In this document: piece by piece, positions 46,564 through 56,359 of the stretch
Position numbering within the stretch: position 1 is the first letter of the stretch
Layout of the letters: every line of letters starts with the position of its first letter
NCBI GenBank assembly: GCA_035444565.1
Contig: DAOMOX010000001.1
Span: 194,335 to 258,334 of the forward strand
Source of the DNA: Candidatus Dojkabacteria bacterium
Lineage (GTDB): Bacteria > Patescibacteriota > Dojkabacteria > B142 > OLB20
DNA: 64,000 bases
Direction of reading: 5' to 3'
Notes under the pieces: generated by a model
The model's database searches: none
Told to the model about the DNA's origin: nothing
The model's input: the letters and a program-made list of their open reading frames with translations, nothing else
Program-made: the position numbers and the translations under genes

Positions 46564-47482
46564 ACAGGAAAAGGTATTTATGAATACCATAATCCATATC
46601 ACTCTATTCTCTGATAAACCAACTGTATACACCCAACAGAAAATTCAGGAAGCATTTAGTTGTTTTGATCGAGTTGTAAAGAAATACACACGATTTTCTC
46701 CTAAAAGCGAACTGTCTGCGCTAAATAACTCAGGCGGAAAGCCAATGAAAGTCTCTGATGAGTTTTATTACTTAATTGAGTACATGCTCGAGCTCAGCAA
46801 AATTACAGATGGAAATTATGATCCGACGATTATAGACATACTCGAAACCTATGGTTACGGTGCGAATCGTAACTTCAAAGAACTCGACGATCCCAATCTT
46901 TATGAAAATATACAGACTCTTGTAGAGAAAAGACCAAGTCCCTCTCAAATAAAATTAAATAAAAAAAATAAAACAGTGCAATTTGCTCCAAGACAAAGAA
47001 TTGACTTGGGGAGTATTGGAAAGGGTTACGCGATTGATCTTGCATACGATGTCTTAGAGGATTTTCCAGCGTTTATGATAAATGCAGGAGGTGATATACG
47101 AATCAAAGGTCCGAAGCCTGACGGAGAAAACTGGAAAATAGGACTTTACAAAAGTCAGCTCCCAAACCAAGCACTACCGAAAGATGCTTACACAGGAATT
47201 ATAGAACTCGAGAATGGTAGTGTATGCGGATCAGGGGGTTGGGCAAGGAAAGTTAGATTTTTCCATCATTTGATAAATCCCAAAACTGGTTTTCCCATCA
47301 ATGAAATAACTCAAACTTACGTAATTGCTCCAAAAGCGATAGAAGCCGACTCTTGGGCAACCGTATTATTTACTATGGGAGAAAGAGGACTACCACTTTT
47401 GAAAGAACAAGGCTTCAAGGGAATTCTGATAGATCAGAAAGGTAAACTGTTACAGACAGAGAGTGTAATACAAATTCCCTAA
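46544..47482 (+). CDS. apbE: FAD:protein FMN transferase (ApbE family)
   Basis: RIDLGSIGKGYAIDLAYDVL and the C-terminal ...SGGWARKV...HLINPKTG blocks are typical of ApbE. An alternative start at the ATG at 46580 (MNTIIHI...) avoids the 20-nt overlap. Confidence 0.75.
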   Translation: MRVRKIEQEKVFMNTIIHITLFSDKPTVYTQQKIQEAFSCFDRVVKKYTRFSPKSELSALNNSGGKPMKVSDEFYYLIEYMLELSKITDGNYDPTIIDILETYGYGANRNFKELDDPNLYENIQTLVEKRPSPSQIKLNKKNKTVQFAPRQRIDLGSIGKGYAIDLAYDVLEDFPAFMINAGGDIRIKGPKPDGENWKIGLYKSQLPNQALPKDAYTGIIELENGSVCGSGGWARKVRFFHHLINPKTGFPINEITQTYVIAPKAIEADSWATVLFTMGERGLPLLKEQGFKGILIDQKGKLLQTESVIQIP

Positions 47483-47734
47483 GAAAAAACTTTCCATAAC
47501 TAAAGTGAGAAATGCACTGAATTTATATAATCATGATATTTGACAGCATATCTTAGGTTGGTATGTTTTGTCCGACAACGTTTTCCACCTCCACAGACCA
47601 GACAAACAATAACATACCCTTAGAAATCTCTATCAACCTACTAAAGTGACACACCCTCTCCGAGTGCTCACTGTTTACGAATGAAGTACCTATCTAGTAT
47701 AATTAGCATTACTTATTCTAACTTAACCTGCCCC

Positions 47735-47756
47735 TCCTGATTCGTCGGGATTTTTT
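47735..47756 (+). promoter_or_regulatory. terminator-like hairpin UCCUGA-UUCG-UCGGGA plus U6, ending 13 nt before the start codon of the 1582-aa GT fusion gene. It could terminate an upstream ncRNA or act as a leader or attenuator
   Basis: tcctgattcgtcgggatttttt, one G-U pair in the stem. It lies at the 3' end of a 286-nt, relatively GC-rich non-coding spacer (47483-47768). Confidence 0.4.
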
Positions 47757-47768
47757 GACTTTCAAAAT

Positions 47769-50700
47769 ATGTTTGATTTGGAAATCGTCATACCCGTTCT
47801 CAATGAAGAGAAGGCAGTGGCAGAATTAATTAAAAGAATAGACAAGAGTCTGAGATCCGAAAAGATTTCGTATAGGATGATTTTTGTTGATGACCATTCT
47901 ACCGACAAAACGGTTGAGATAATTCAATCATTTAAGAAAAAATATCCAATTCTTCTTCACACAAAGACAGGGAAACCTGGCAAAGCATACTCTATCCTTG
48001 AAGGTGCAAACCTTGCGTCATCTGAAAAAATTGCAATGCTTGACGGCGACCTGCAGTACCCACCTGAGGTACTTCCCCATATGTTCAGACTTTCTGAAAT
48101 CTACGGAGTGGTTGTGGCAGATAGAAAAAAGGAACATCTGTCTTTATTGCGAAGAGCTCTATCTAATCTCAATTCACAGATGATTGGGAAGTATCTGTTG
48201 AAGCTTGACTGTGACTCTCAATCCGGACTAAAAGTATTCAGAAAAGAAATAATTGAACAATTAAACAAAAAAGATTTGCAACCTTGGGCATTGGACATGC
48301 CTTTACTATACGCTGCATTGAATATGGGTTATAAAATTGGAAACGTAGAGATTGACTTTGTAGATCGAGCTTATGGAACATCCAAGGTTAACTTCATCAA
48401 AACCACATTTGAAATTATCTCCACCGCATTCTCACTTAAATTTTTCTCCTCAAAGATTGCATCTATTAAACCGGAAAGAGATTCAATGCTTGGGTCGGGG
48501 GTCATCTATAAAAACAAAAAGTATATAACCCACACCACACTTCCGCATTCCGAATCTGCGCTTTATACGTTTACCCGAAAACAGAAGCTAATTATTATCA
48601 GTTTGATTGTGGGTATATTGGCGGGATTGATACTTAATCCACTAAACGCCTTGATTGTGATTGTGGCAATTTTGAGTTTGATCTATTTTGCAGATGTTGT
48701 TTTTGGAGCGTATGTATTGGCGAAAAGTTTACATTATCCACCAGAGTTAACGTTTGATGCAGAGGAATTAAATAATCTGAAAACAAAAGATCTACCTACC
48801 TACAGTATTCTCTGTCCATTATATAAGGAGGGCAACATATTGCCTGAATTCGTAAAATCCATTAGAAATCTCGACTGGCCAAAGCGTAAATTAGATGTCT
48901 TAATACTGCTTGAAAAAGACGATAAAGAAACACTTGCCGCCGCAAAGAAGCTTAGACTTCCAAAGTATATAAGAGTTATTGTTGTTCCCGATTCACAACC
49001 CCGGACCAAACCAAAGGCTTGTAATTATGGTCTACAATTATCGAAAGGAGAATATGTAGTAATTTTTGATGCAGAAGACAAACCAGACCCACTTCAATTA
49101 AAGAAAGCGTATCTCGGATTCCGAAAAAGCGGAGAGAAGGTCTTCTGTTTGCAATCTAAACTTAATTACTACAATCCAGACGATAATCTTCTGACCAGAC
49201 TTTTTACAGCGGAATATTCTCTGTGGTTCGATGTCATCCTTCCAGGATTGCAATCAATCAAAACAACAATTCCACTTGGAGGAACAAGTAATCACTTCAG
49301 GACAAAGCAATTGATTACCATGCAAGGATGGGACCCATTCAATGTTACAGAAGATTGCGATCTCGGTGTCAGAATCTTCAAAGCAGGATATTCAACAGCA
49401 ATTATCGACTCAACGACATATGAAGAGGCAAATAGCTCCCCGAAAAACTGGGTTAGGCAACGTTCTCGGTGGATTAAGGGCTATATGCAAACATATTTGG
49501 TTCATATGAGAAATCCTCTAAAATTTCTACGAGAGCACGGAATTCATGCTCTCATCTTTCAATTAATTATAGGTATGCGAATCAGCTTTATGCTGATTAA
49601 CCCTTTACTATGGTTGGCTACTTTTGTCTATTTTGCATTTAGACCATTTGTTGGGGAATACATCGAAGCTCTTTATCCATCATGGATTTTCTACATCGCA
49701 GGAATTTCTCTTGTCGGTGGAAATTTCATGTACATATTTAATTATATGATTGGATGTGCAAAGAAGGAACACTACGGTTTAATCAAGTATGTCTTCTTTA
49801 TCCCTCTTTATTGGATTCTTGCTAGTGTCGCCGCATTCAAAGCAGCGCAACAACTAATTCTCAAGCCACACTTCTGGGAGAAGACCCATCATGGATTACA
49901 TCTCTCGACCAAAGAAACCAACCAAATTGTAAAAGAAGAATTAAAATCGAAACGAGTATCAGAGAAAAATAAATTTAATTTTAGACCCAAAATCAGTCCC
50001 TACTTCAATAAAGCTACAACATTGCTAAAGGGTGGTAGTTTTGGAATAACACTATTAGTTGGGGCATCCGTAGGTGCCAATTTCCTTGATTTCTTAACTA
50101 GTACTTACCTTGGCAGAAATCTTGGTTCTGAAGAATTTGGATTAATTGGATTGATGGGAAGTTTTATTTTCATAGTCAATTTGATCGCTGCTGGAATAAA
50201 TAAAACGGTATCCCACCAGACTGCTTTCGTGTATGGGAAATACGGGAAACCTGTTGGAAGATTGTGGTATGAACATCGTAACAAAGTTATTAAATTATCC
50301 ATCCTCTTTACTCTTATATGGTTGTTGGTAGTTCCGTTTTCAGAAGACTTTTTTAACTCGCATACACTCTTTCCTTTTCTTGTATTCACTCCCGTTTGGG
50401 TTTCCTTAATGCTTAAAGCATGGGATGGAGGTTATCTAGAAGGAAGTCTTAAATTCACCTGGTTGGCAGTCCTTACACTAGTAGCAGCATTTTCAAAACT
50501 ATTGTTCTCAGTAATATTTGTAACTTTTGGATTGGAACACCTCGTTTACGCAGCTGGACCGATATCCTTATTCCTCGGATTCTGTGGAGGTTGGATAGTC
50601 GCTAGGAAAATAGCTCATCAAAATACTGATACTACTACTAAGCCTTCAAGGGCAAATATGAGATTCTCTCGAGCATTCTTAGCAACTGCTACCATAGCAA

Positions 50701-52517
50701 AAGTGTCGTCAATATCGTTTCTAAGTCTAGATTTAATCTTCGTAAAACATTTTTTAACAGCCACCGAGGCAGGAGAATACGCACTTCTCGTTTTAGTAGG
50801 AAGAATAATCTACATCGTAGGAGGTTTTTCTTCACAGTTCATACTTCCAATAATTAGCAAAGAAAGCGGGGAAGGTATTAAGAAAAGTAAATCTTTTAAG
50901 ATAATCATGCTTAGTGTGATTGTCTCAACTCTGTTAGTCTTTTTAATGGTCGGACCTCTTGGTTCCACGACGATTCCATTGTTATTCGGGAATAATGCAT
51001 TGCCGATAACCCCTTACTTGACTCCATTCGCCCTAGCCATGGTACTATTCACAATTGCCTATAGTCTTGTTACTTATCATCAAGCACGTAAAGAGTACGC
51101 ATTTTCTCTTATCGGTATAGTCACTGCTATTGTGCAATTTCTATTTCTATATCTTTTTCACTCAAACATCGGTCAAGTTGTCTCGGGAATGCTTCTAAGT
51201 GGAGCTTTCTACTTGATAACTACACTCATAATGCACATCTATTATGAGAAGGTAATAGCTATTCAGTCAAACTTGGTGGATCTTTGGGACTTGATTGTGA
51301 ACCCCAAACGTCCAGCCTTTGGAATGGACACTGTTAACAAATTAAACATTCTAATTTATAACTGGAGAGACACAAAACACGTATGGGCAGGGGGGGCTGA
51401 AGTATATGTACATGAACTTGCAAAACAGTGGGTAGAAAAAGGTAATCACGTCACTGTTTTCTGCGGTAACGATGGATTATGTGAACGTCATGAAATTGTT
51501 GATGGTGTGAACATTATACGCCGGGGAGGATTTTATACAGTATATGTATGGGCAATCCTCTACTATATTCTGAGATTAAGAGGAAGGTATGATGTTATAG
51601 TCGAAAGCGTTAATGCTATGCCCTTTTTCACTCCACTTTTTTCGAGGATACCTAAATTAGCCATAATCCATCATGTACATAGTGATATCATCTTGAAAGA
51701 ACTTAAGTTGCCATTGACTCGTATTCCACTCGCTGTAATTACTAAATTTATTGAGAGTAAAGTAATGCCGATTGTTTACCAAAACACTCAAATGGTTACC
51801 GTTTCAAAATCAAGCAAAGAAGATATGGAAAAGATTGGTTTTGGAAAGAATAAAGCGATACAAATCATCAACCCCGGAATCGATTTAAATATACTTAAAC
51901 CTAGTCCAAAATCAAAAACACCTACCCTCTTATACCTTGGCAGATTAAAGCCATATAAATCTATTGATACACTTATCAAAGCAACTAATGAATTGAGAGA
52001 GGTTTTTCCAAATATTAGAGTGAAAATTGCTGGTTTTGGAGAAAGCCGAAAAGACTTAGAAAGTTTGACTAGAAAATTAGGTCTGCAGAGATATGTAGAA
52101 TTCCTAGGAAGGGTATCAGAAGCAAACAAAGTCCGCTTATTAGGGGAAGCTTGGGTATTTGTACAACCATCAACCTTCGAAGGTTGGGGTATCTCAATTT
52201 TAGAGGCCAATGCTTGTGGGACACCAATTGTGGCTTCAAGGGTCCCGGGACTCATAGACTCTGTTAAAAATCCATCAACCGGTTATACTGTAAAAGTAAA
52301 AGATGAAAAAGCATTTGCCGAAGCAATCCAAAAACTATTGCAGGATAATAAATTAAGAAAAAGATTCTCTGCGAACTCAATAAAATGGGCAAATAATTTT
52401 GGTTGGGAAGGCAAAGCTAATGATTTTATGAATATTGTACTGCAAGAGGTACATAACGCAGATACCGTTCACTTGTTCGGGGAACAGTTACATAGCCGTG
52501 GTGAGAATGTTGACTAA
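47769..52517 (+). CDS. four-module membrane glycosyltransferase fusion (1582 aa): Dpm1-like GT2, processive QxxRW GT2 synthase, MOP/Wzx-like multi-TM flippase region, GT4
   Basis: Module 1 (aa 1-230): EIVIPVLNE, FVDDHSTD, MLDGDLQ (Dpm1-type). TM pair at about aa 255-315. Module 2 (aa about 325-585): SILCPLYKE, VIFDAEDKPD (DxD), TED, QRSRW at aa 564-568, then a 4-TM bundle typical of processive synthases. Module 3 (aa about 745-1250): about 12 TM with Wzx/Polysacc_synt-like periodicity. Module 4 (aa about 1265-1582): GT4 with ...VQPSTFEGWGISILEANACGTPIVAS. It is a single uninterrupted ORF in the supplied track. Confidence 0.85.
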   Translation: MFDLEIVIPVLNEEKAVAELIKRIDKSLRSEKISYRMIFVDDHSTDKTVEIIQSFKKKYPILLHTKTGKPGKAYSILEGANLASSEKIAMLDGDLQYPPEVLPHMFRLSEIYGVVVADRKKEHLSLLRRALSNLNSQMIGKYLLKLDCDSQSGLKVFRKEIIEQLNKKDLQPWALDMPLLYAALNMGYKIGNVEIDFVDRAYGTSKVNFIKTTFEIISTAFSLKFFSSKIASIKPERDSMLGSGVIYKNKKYITHTTLPHSESALYTFTRKQKLIIISLIVGILAGLILNPLNALIVIVAILSLIYFADVVFGAYVLAKSLHYPPELTFDAEELNNLKTKDLPTYSILCPLYKEGNILPEFVKSIRNLDWPKRKLDVLILLEKDDKETLAAAKKLRLPKYIRVIVVPDSQPRTKPKACNYGLQLSKGEYVVIFDAEDKPDPLQLKKAYLGFRKSGEKVFCLQSKLNYYNPDDNLLTRLFTAEYSLWFDVILPGLQSIKTTIPLGGTSNHFRTKQLITMQGWDPFNVTEDCDLGVRIFKAGYSTAIIDSTTYEEANSSPKNWVRQRSRWIKGYMQTYLVHMRNPLKFLREHGIHALIFQLIIGMRISFMLINPLLWLATFVYFAFRPFVGEYIEALYPSWIFYIAGISLVGGNFMYIFNYMIGCAKKEHYGLIKYVFFIPLYWILASVAAFKAAQQLILKPHFWEKTHHGLHLSTKETNQIVKEELKSKRVSEKNKFNFRPKISPYFNKATTLLKGGSFGITLLVGASVGANFLDFLTSTYLGRNLGSEEFGLIGLMGSFIFIVNLIAAGINKTVSHQTAFVYGKYGKPVGRLWYEHRNKVIKLSILFTLIWLLVVPFSEDFFNSHTLFPFLVFTPVWVSLMLKAWDGGYLEGSLKFTWLAVLTLVAAFSKLLFSVIFVTFGLEHLVYAAGPISLFLGFCGGWIVARKIAHQNTDTTTKPSRANMRFSRAFLATATIAKVSSISFLSLDLIFVKHFLTATEAGEYALLVLVGRIIYIVGGFSSQFILPIISKESGEGIKKSKSFKIIMLSVIVSTLLVFLMVGPLGSTTIPLLFGNNALPITPYLTPFALAMVLFTIAYSLVTYHQARKEYAFSLIGIVTAIVQFLFLYLFHSNIGQVVSGMLLSGAFYLITTLIMHIYYEKVIAIQSNLVDLWDLIVNPKRPAFGMDTVNKLNILIYNWRDTKHVWAGGAEVYVHELAKQWVEKGNHVTVFCGNDGLCERHEIVDGVNIIRRGGFYTVYVWAILYYILRLRGRYDVIVESVNAMPFFTPLFSRIPKLAIIHHVHSDIILKELKLPLTRIPLAVITKFIESKVMPIVYQNTQMVTVSKSSKEDMEKIGFGKNKAIQIINPGIDLNILKPSPKSKTPTLLYLGRLKPYKSIDTLIKATNELREVFPNIRVKIAGFGESRKDLESLTRKLGLQRYVEFLGRVSEANKVRLLGEAWVFVQPSTFEGWGISILEANACGTPIVASRVPGLIDSVKNPSTGYTVKVKDEKAFAEAIQKLLQDNKLRKRFSANSIKWANNFGWEGKANDFMNIVLQEVHNADTVHLFGEQLHSRGENVD

Positions 52518-53454
52518 ACAAATCAAACAAAATACCCCAAATCAGAACTTCCCTGAAAAGATAGAGCATTTTTCCTTTGTTCACAATCTCGGAGAATTTG
52601 GGAAAGATTCTTCTTTTCACTTCGCACTTTATAGGGACACTGAAGGGAATGAATATGTCTGTAAACTATTTAAGGGAAAAAAGAATAGTCTTAAGTACAG
52701 GTCGATAAAAAATGAAATATCTGCTTACAAAGCTCTTAATCAAAGTTCTCCAACCCTACAAAGCCCATTAGGTTTCGAGATTTCAATTCCAAAAATCTAT
52801 AGCACTTATGAAAACGATGAGATTGTCTGCTTTATTATGGACAAGGTGTCAGGAAACTCCTTAGACAATGAGTCAATTGACAGAATAATTCAATCCTACC
52901 AAGCTATAGCAGAATATTTACTAAAATTTTCCATAGAAGCTGATTTAAGTAAAACAGGTGTACTTAGAAGGAATTTCATTCAATTTTTCCTCTTGTATCA
53001 CTACTATTGCCTTCGAGTAATTCTTAAAAATCCTGAATTAATATTGAAGATTATTAATACTATTCCAGTCTTTTATAGAGGAATTATTAACTTTAGTATT
53101 GATAGAACGAATACACTTGTTATCCGAGACTTAGCAAGTAATAATAATATATTTATTGATAATAAAAAGCTATTAATAATTGATTTAGAATCTGCAACAA
53201 TAACTCATCCAATTATTCAGTTGTCCAGTTTTGTTGTTGTGGAGTCGGCAAACAAAGATTTTCTATTAAAGTTGTGTAATTCAGAAATTACTAAATCTAT
53301 CATGGGGAATCATAGAAATCTACTAATATTTAAAGCCATGTTGGTTTACGGTGCTATGGTCGATATCGTTGCTAACTATATGACCGATAAAGATCCAGTT
53401 AAAAAATCATCCGTGAATTTAATTAATGAAACATTCAAACTGAAACTATCATGA
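52507..53454 (+). CDS. kinase-like phosphotransferase (APH/choline-kinase fold), probable sugar or small-molecule kinase
   Basis: VIRDLASNNNIFID (catalytic-loop-like, aligning with HxDLxxxN) and LIIDLESA (DFG-equivalent IDxE). The start is taken at the ATG at 52507 (MLTKQ...), an 11-nt overlap instead of 83 nt. Confidence 0.45.
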   Translation: MLTKQIKQNTPNQNFPEKIEHFSFVHNLGEFGKDSSFHFALYRDTEGNEYVCKLFKGKKNSLKYRSIKNEISAYKALNQSSPTLQSPLGFEISIPKIYSTYENDEIVCFIMDKVSGNSLDNESIDRIIQSYQAIAEYLLKFSIEADLSKTGVLRRNFIQFFLLYHYYCLRVILKNPELILKIINTIPVFYRGIINFSIDRTNTLVIRDLASNNNIFIDNKKLLIIDLESATITHPIIQLSSFVVVESANKDFLLKLCNSEITKSIMGNHRNLLIFKAMLVYGAMVDIVANYMTDKDPVKKSSVNLINETFKLKLS

Positions 53455-54551
53455 AATTAATAATCTCCACATACGACGATATTAAAAACCCGAATTATGG
53501 GGGTGGGGGAGCAATTGCTCTGCATGAGTTGGCAAAAAGACTCACTAGAAAATTTGAAGTCACGGTCATCAGTTGGAACCATTCTGGGATAAAGAATGAA
53601 AATATTGATGGAGTGGAATATGCACGTATTGGGTTTAGTTTTATTAGTCCAAAGATTGCGATGTTTATATTTCAAATGATTCTACCGTTTTTTGCCATAT
53701 TCAAAAGCTTTGATCTCTGGATTGAGAGTTTTGCTCCACCCTTCACTACCGCATTTCTACCAATATTTACTAGAAAACCCGTAGTCGGTGTAGTACACAT
53801 GCTCGCTGCCGAAGATATGAAGAGGAAATACAAAGTGGACCTTGGCAGAATTGAAAATGCAGGAATTAGAAAATATAAACATATTGTTTCAACTCAAAAT
53901 ATGATTCGCGAAAAGATTCTAAGCGTAAATCCGCAATGTAATTGTAAAGTAATCAGTAACGGAATTGAAAAAGTTTATCCCGAAAAAGTTACGAAGAAAA
54001 AGCAGTTCTTATTCCTAGGTCGGATTGAGATTAATCAAAAAGGGTTGGATTTACTCATAGACACTTTTAAGAAATTTAATAAATTATCAAAAGAAAAATA
54101 CAAATTAGTAATCGCAGGCTCTGGGCTGGATTCTGACTTGAAAAGACTCAAACAACTCATCAAAGAATCTGAATTAGACAACCAGATTGTTCTCGCAGGT
54201 CGTGTCGAGGGGAAATCAAAAGAAACCTTGATGAAAGAGTCAACAGCTATGATTCTTACATCTCGTTTTGAAACATTTTCTATGGTAGCACTGGAGTCGC
54301 TAGCTTTTGGTCTACCACTCGTTACATTTGATATTGAAGGCTTGAAATGGATTCCCGATAATGTTGTCAGAAAAGCAGAATCGTTTAATACGGATGACTT
54401 AGCGAACGTCTTATTAGAAATTATCAATAATAAAAAATTACAAGAGGAAATGCGTATCAACGGTTTGAAATATGCAACGAAATACACCTGGGATAATATC
54501 GCAAAAGAGTATGAAGATTTAATTGATGAAATAAAAAATGCAAAAAGATAA
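53451..54551 (+). CDS. GT4 glycosyltransferase
   Basis: N-terminal NYGGGGAIALHELAKRL. C-terminal SRFETFSMVALESLAFGLPLVTFD (EX7E). Confidence 0.8.
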   Translation: MKLIISTYDDIKNPNYGGGGAIALHELAKRLTRKFEVTVISWNHSGIKNENIDGVEYARIGFSFISPKIAMFIFQMILPFFAIFKSFDLWIESFAPPFTTAFLPIFTRKPVVGVVHMLAAEDMKRKYKVDLGRIENAGIRKYKHIVSTQNMIREKILSVNPQCNCKVISNGIEKVYPEKVTKKKQFLFLGRIEINQKGLDLLIDTFKKFNKLSKEKYKLVIAGSGLDSDLKRLKQLIKESELDNQIVLAGRVEGKSKETLMKESTAMILTSRFETFSMVALESLAFGLPLVTFDIEGLKWIPDNVVRKAESFNTDDLANVLLEIINNKKLQEEMRINGLKYATKYTWDNIAKEYEDLIDEIKNAKR

Positions 54552-55311
54552 TCAATTAATAAAAGAAATCATTACTAAAAAACTTAAATGCGTATTTATA
54601 TCTCCACATTTTGATGATGCAATATTATCTTGTGGAGGTTTGATGCTTGAGTTAGCGGGGAAAACCGAGATGACTGTCGTAAATGTCTTCTCAAAGGCAA
54701 ACGCAGGTCCCCATACTCTTTCCGCTCGACGATTTCTCAAATTTTCTGGAAATCATAGTAGTGCACAAGAACTCTATTCTGCGAGAGAATTAGAAGATAA
54801 ATCAACCCTGCAAAAGTTAGGAGTAAAAGTAATAAACCTTGGGCTAGAAGACGCATTGTTTAGAAAGAAAAAATCCAAAAGTATTTTTAGCAGAGTACTC
54901 CCTGAACTTAATCATGTATATCCGACATACCCATTGCATATTATCAGAGGTGCAAATCCAAACGATCCAGCCTTTAAACAAGTCAAAAACAAATTAAAAA
55001 AATTATATAAAGAGAACAATATTATCTATTTCTCACCATACGGGATTGGAAATCATGCTGACCATCAAGTGGTAAGCTCAGTTAGTAGAGACTTATTCAA
55101 AAAACTAGTGTTGTATTCTGATTTTCCATATAACATACGATTAAACGATTATGGTTCTGACATAGACGGATTTAAGAAAATCGAGTTAATTCCAAATCAG
55201 CTGGAAAAAATACAATTAATAAAAATGTATAAAACACAATTTGAGGGATTATTCCCAAACGGAGAAGTTAAAGAGCACAACGAGGTTTATTTTATAAGAA
55301 ACAAAAAGTGA
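54538..55311 (+). CDS. PIG-L/LmbE family N-acetylglucosaminyl deacetylase
   Basis: VFISPHFDDAILSCGG (PHxDD motif) and GNHADHQ (HxDH motif). Confidence 0.75.
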   Translation: MQKDNQLIKEIITKKLKCVFISPHFDDAILSCGGLMLELAGKTEMTVVNVFSKANAGPHTLSARRFLKFSGNHSSAQELYSARELEDKSTLQKLGVKVINLGLEDALFRKKKSKSIFSRVLPELNHVYPTYPLHIIRGANPNDPAFKQVKNKLKKLYKENNIIYFSPYGIGNHADHQVVSSVSRDLFKKLVLYSDFPYNIRLNDYGSDIDGFKKIELIPNQLEKIQLIKMYKTQFEGLFPNGEVKEHNEVYFIRNKK

Positions 55312-56357
55312 ATGTAAGAATTTATAAAACTACAGATGAAAAACTAATCAAAGAATGGAACGAACTTTGGGAAAAGTCTTCTCATGCACACTTTTTCAAT
55401 TCATATGCCTGGTTTGCTGTTTGTAAAGAAATATTCAAGCCGAGAAATATACGAATTGCTTGTGTTTACAACGATAATGAATTATTAGCAATTTACCCCT
55501 TGTTTGAGCAAAAAAAATATGGCGTAAAAACATATGGCAATCCAGGAGGTAGATTCGCAGACAAATTCTGTTTATTGGTTCTTGATTTAGATGAAAATGT
55601 AATCCGTGAACTGTTAAAGATTCTAAAGACATTCACTGTTTCAATAGAAGAAGTTTCCGAACTATTCTATCCTTGGTTTACTTCTAGTGGTTTCACCAAA
55701 TCCCCTCTAGTCGAAGAAACATCAATACTAAGATTAGGTGATGATCCCTATCGATATATGCATAAAAAGAAGAAAAGAAAGATGCTAAACAAATATAATA
55801 GAAACTTCTCAAATACTAAGTATATTAGATTTAATGGTACTGACGTTAAACGTAACCTCAAATACGTTGAACAAATCGATACGAAAAGCAGGAAAAAGCT
55901 TTCCGGGAAAGAAGTGACATCAGATGGGGAACAATATGAACTATTTAAAAATCTAGCTGAAAAATTCCCACAATATTTAACTTTAGATGTGCTTTTCGTA
56001 CAAGAAAAACCCATCGCTTATGAACTTGGAATTTTATCGAAGGACAAGGAGATTGGATATCAAACAGCTTTTGACGAGGAATTTAAATACTTTGAGCCTG
56101 GACGTATCATTCTTGTTTACATCTGGGAAAGCATGAGAAAAGAAGGAATAGAGATTTATGACTGGGCGAGGGGAACAAATATATTAAAACAAGATTTTAC
56201 AGAATATTTTGAAAAACAATATAAGTTCTATGCCGCAAACAAATTGGTTCTGAGTTTTTGGTATTTACTTGACTATAGTAAAGATTTGATTCTAAACAAT
56301 GATTCCTTGTACAGAGCATACTTGTTTTTTAAAAATCGATTAATTAATTTCCTGTAA
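55308..56357 (+). CDS. GNAT-fold acyltransferase, BioF2-like/CelD/FemAB-related (Acetyltransf_6-like)
   Basis: N-terminal EWNELWEKSSHAHFFNSYAWFAVC pattern and a size of about 350 aa. It is a paralog of the next gene. Confidence 0.45.
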   Translation: MNVRIYKTTDEKLIKEWNELWEKSSHAHFFNSYAWFAVCKEIFKPRNIRIACVYNDNELLAIYPLFEQKKYGVKTYGNPGGRFADKFCLLVLDLDENVIRELLKILKTFTVSIEEVSELFYPWFTSSGFTKSPLVEETSILRLGDDPYRYMHKKKKRKMLNKYNRNFSNTKYIRFNGTDVKRNLKYVEQIDTKSRKKLSGKEVTSDGEQYELFKNLAEKFPQYLTLDVLFVQEKPIAYELGILSKDKEIGYQTAFDEEFKYFEPGRIILVYIWESMRKEGIEIYDWARGTNILKQDFTEYFEKQYKFYAANKLVLSFWYLLDYSKDLILNNDSLYRAYLFFKNRLINFL

Positions 56358-56359
56358 TA

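Noticed and set aside
52435-52506. Upstream start (ATG 52435) for the kinase-like gene, giving an 83-nt overlap with the GT fusion
   Set aside because: The internal ATG at 52507 (MLTKQ...) gives a conventional 11-nt overlap. The extra 24 residues (MYCKRYITQIPFTCSGNSYIAVVR) look like out-of-frame read-through of the GT4 module.
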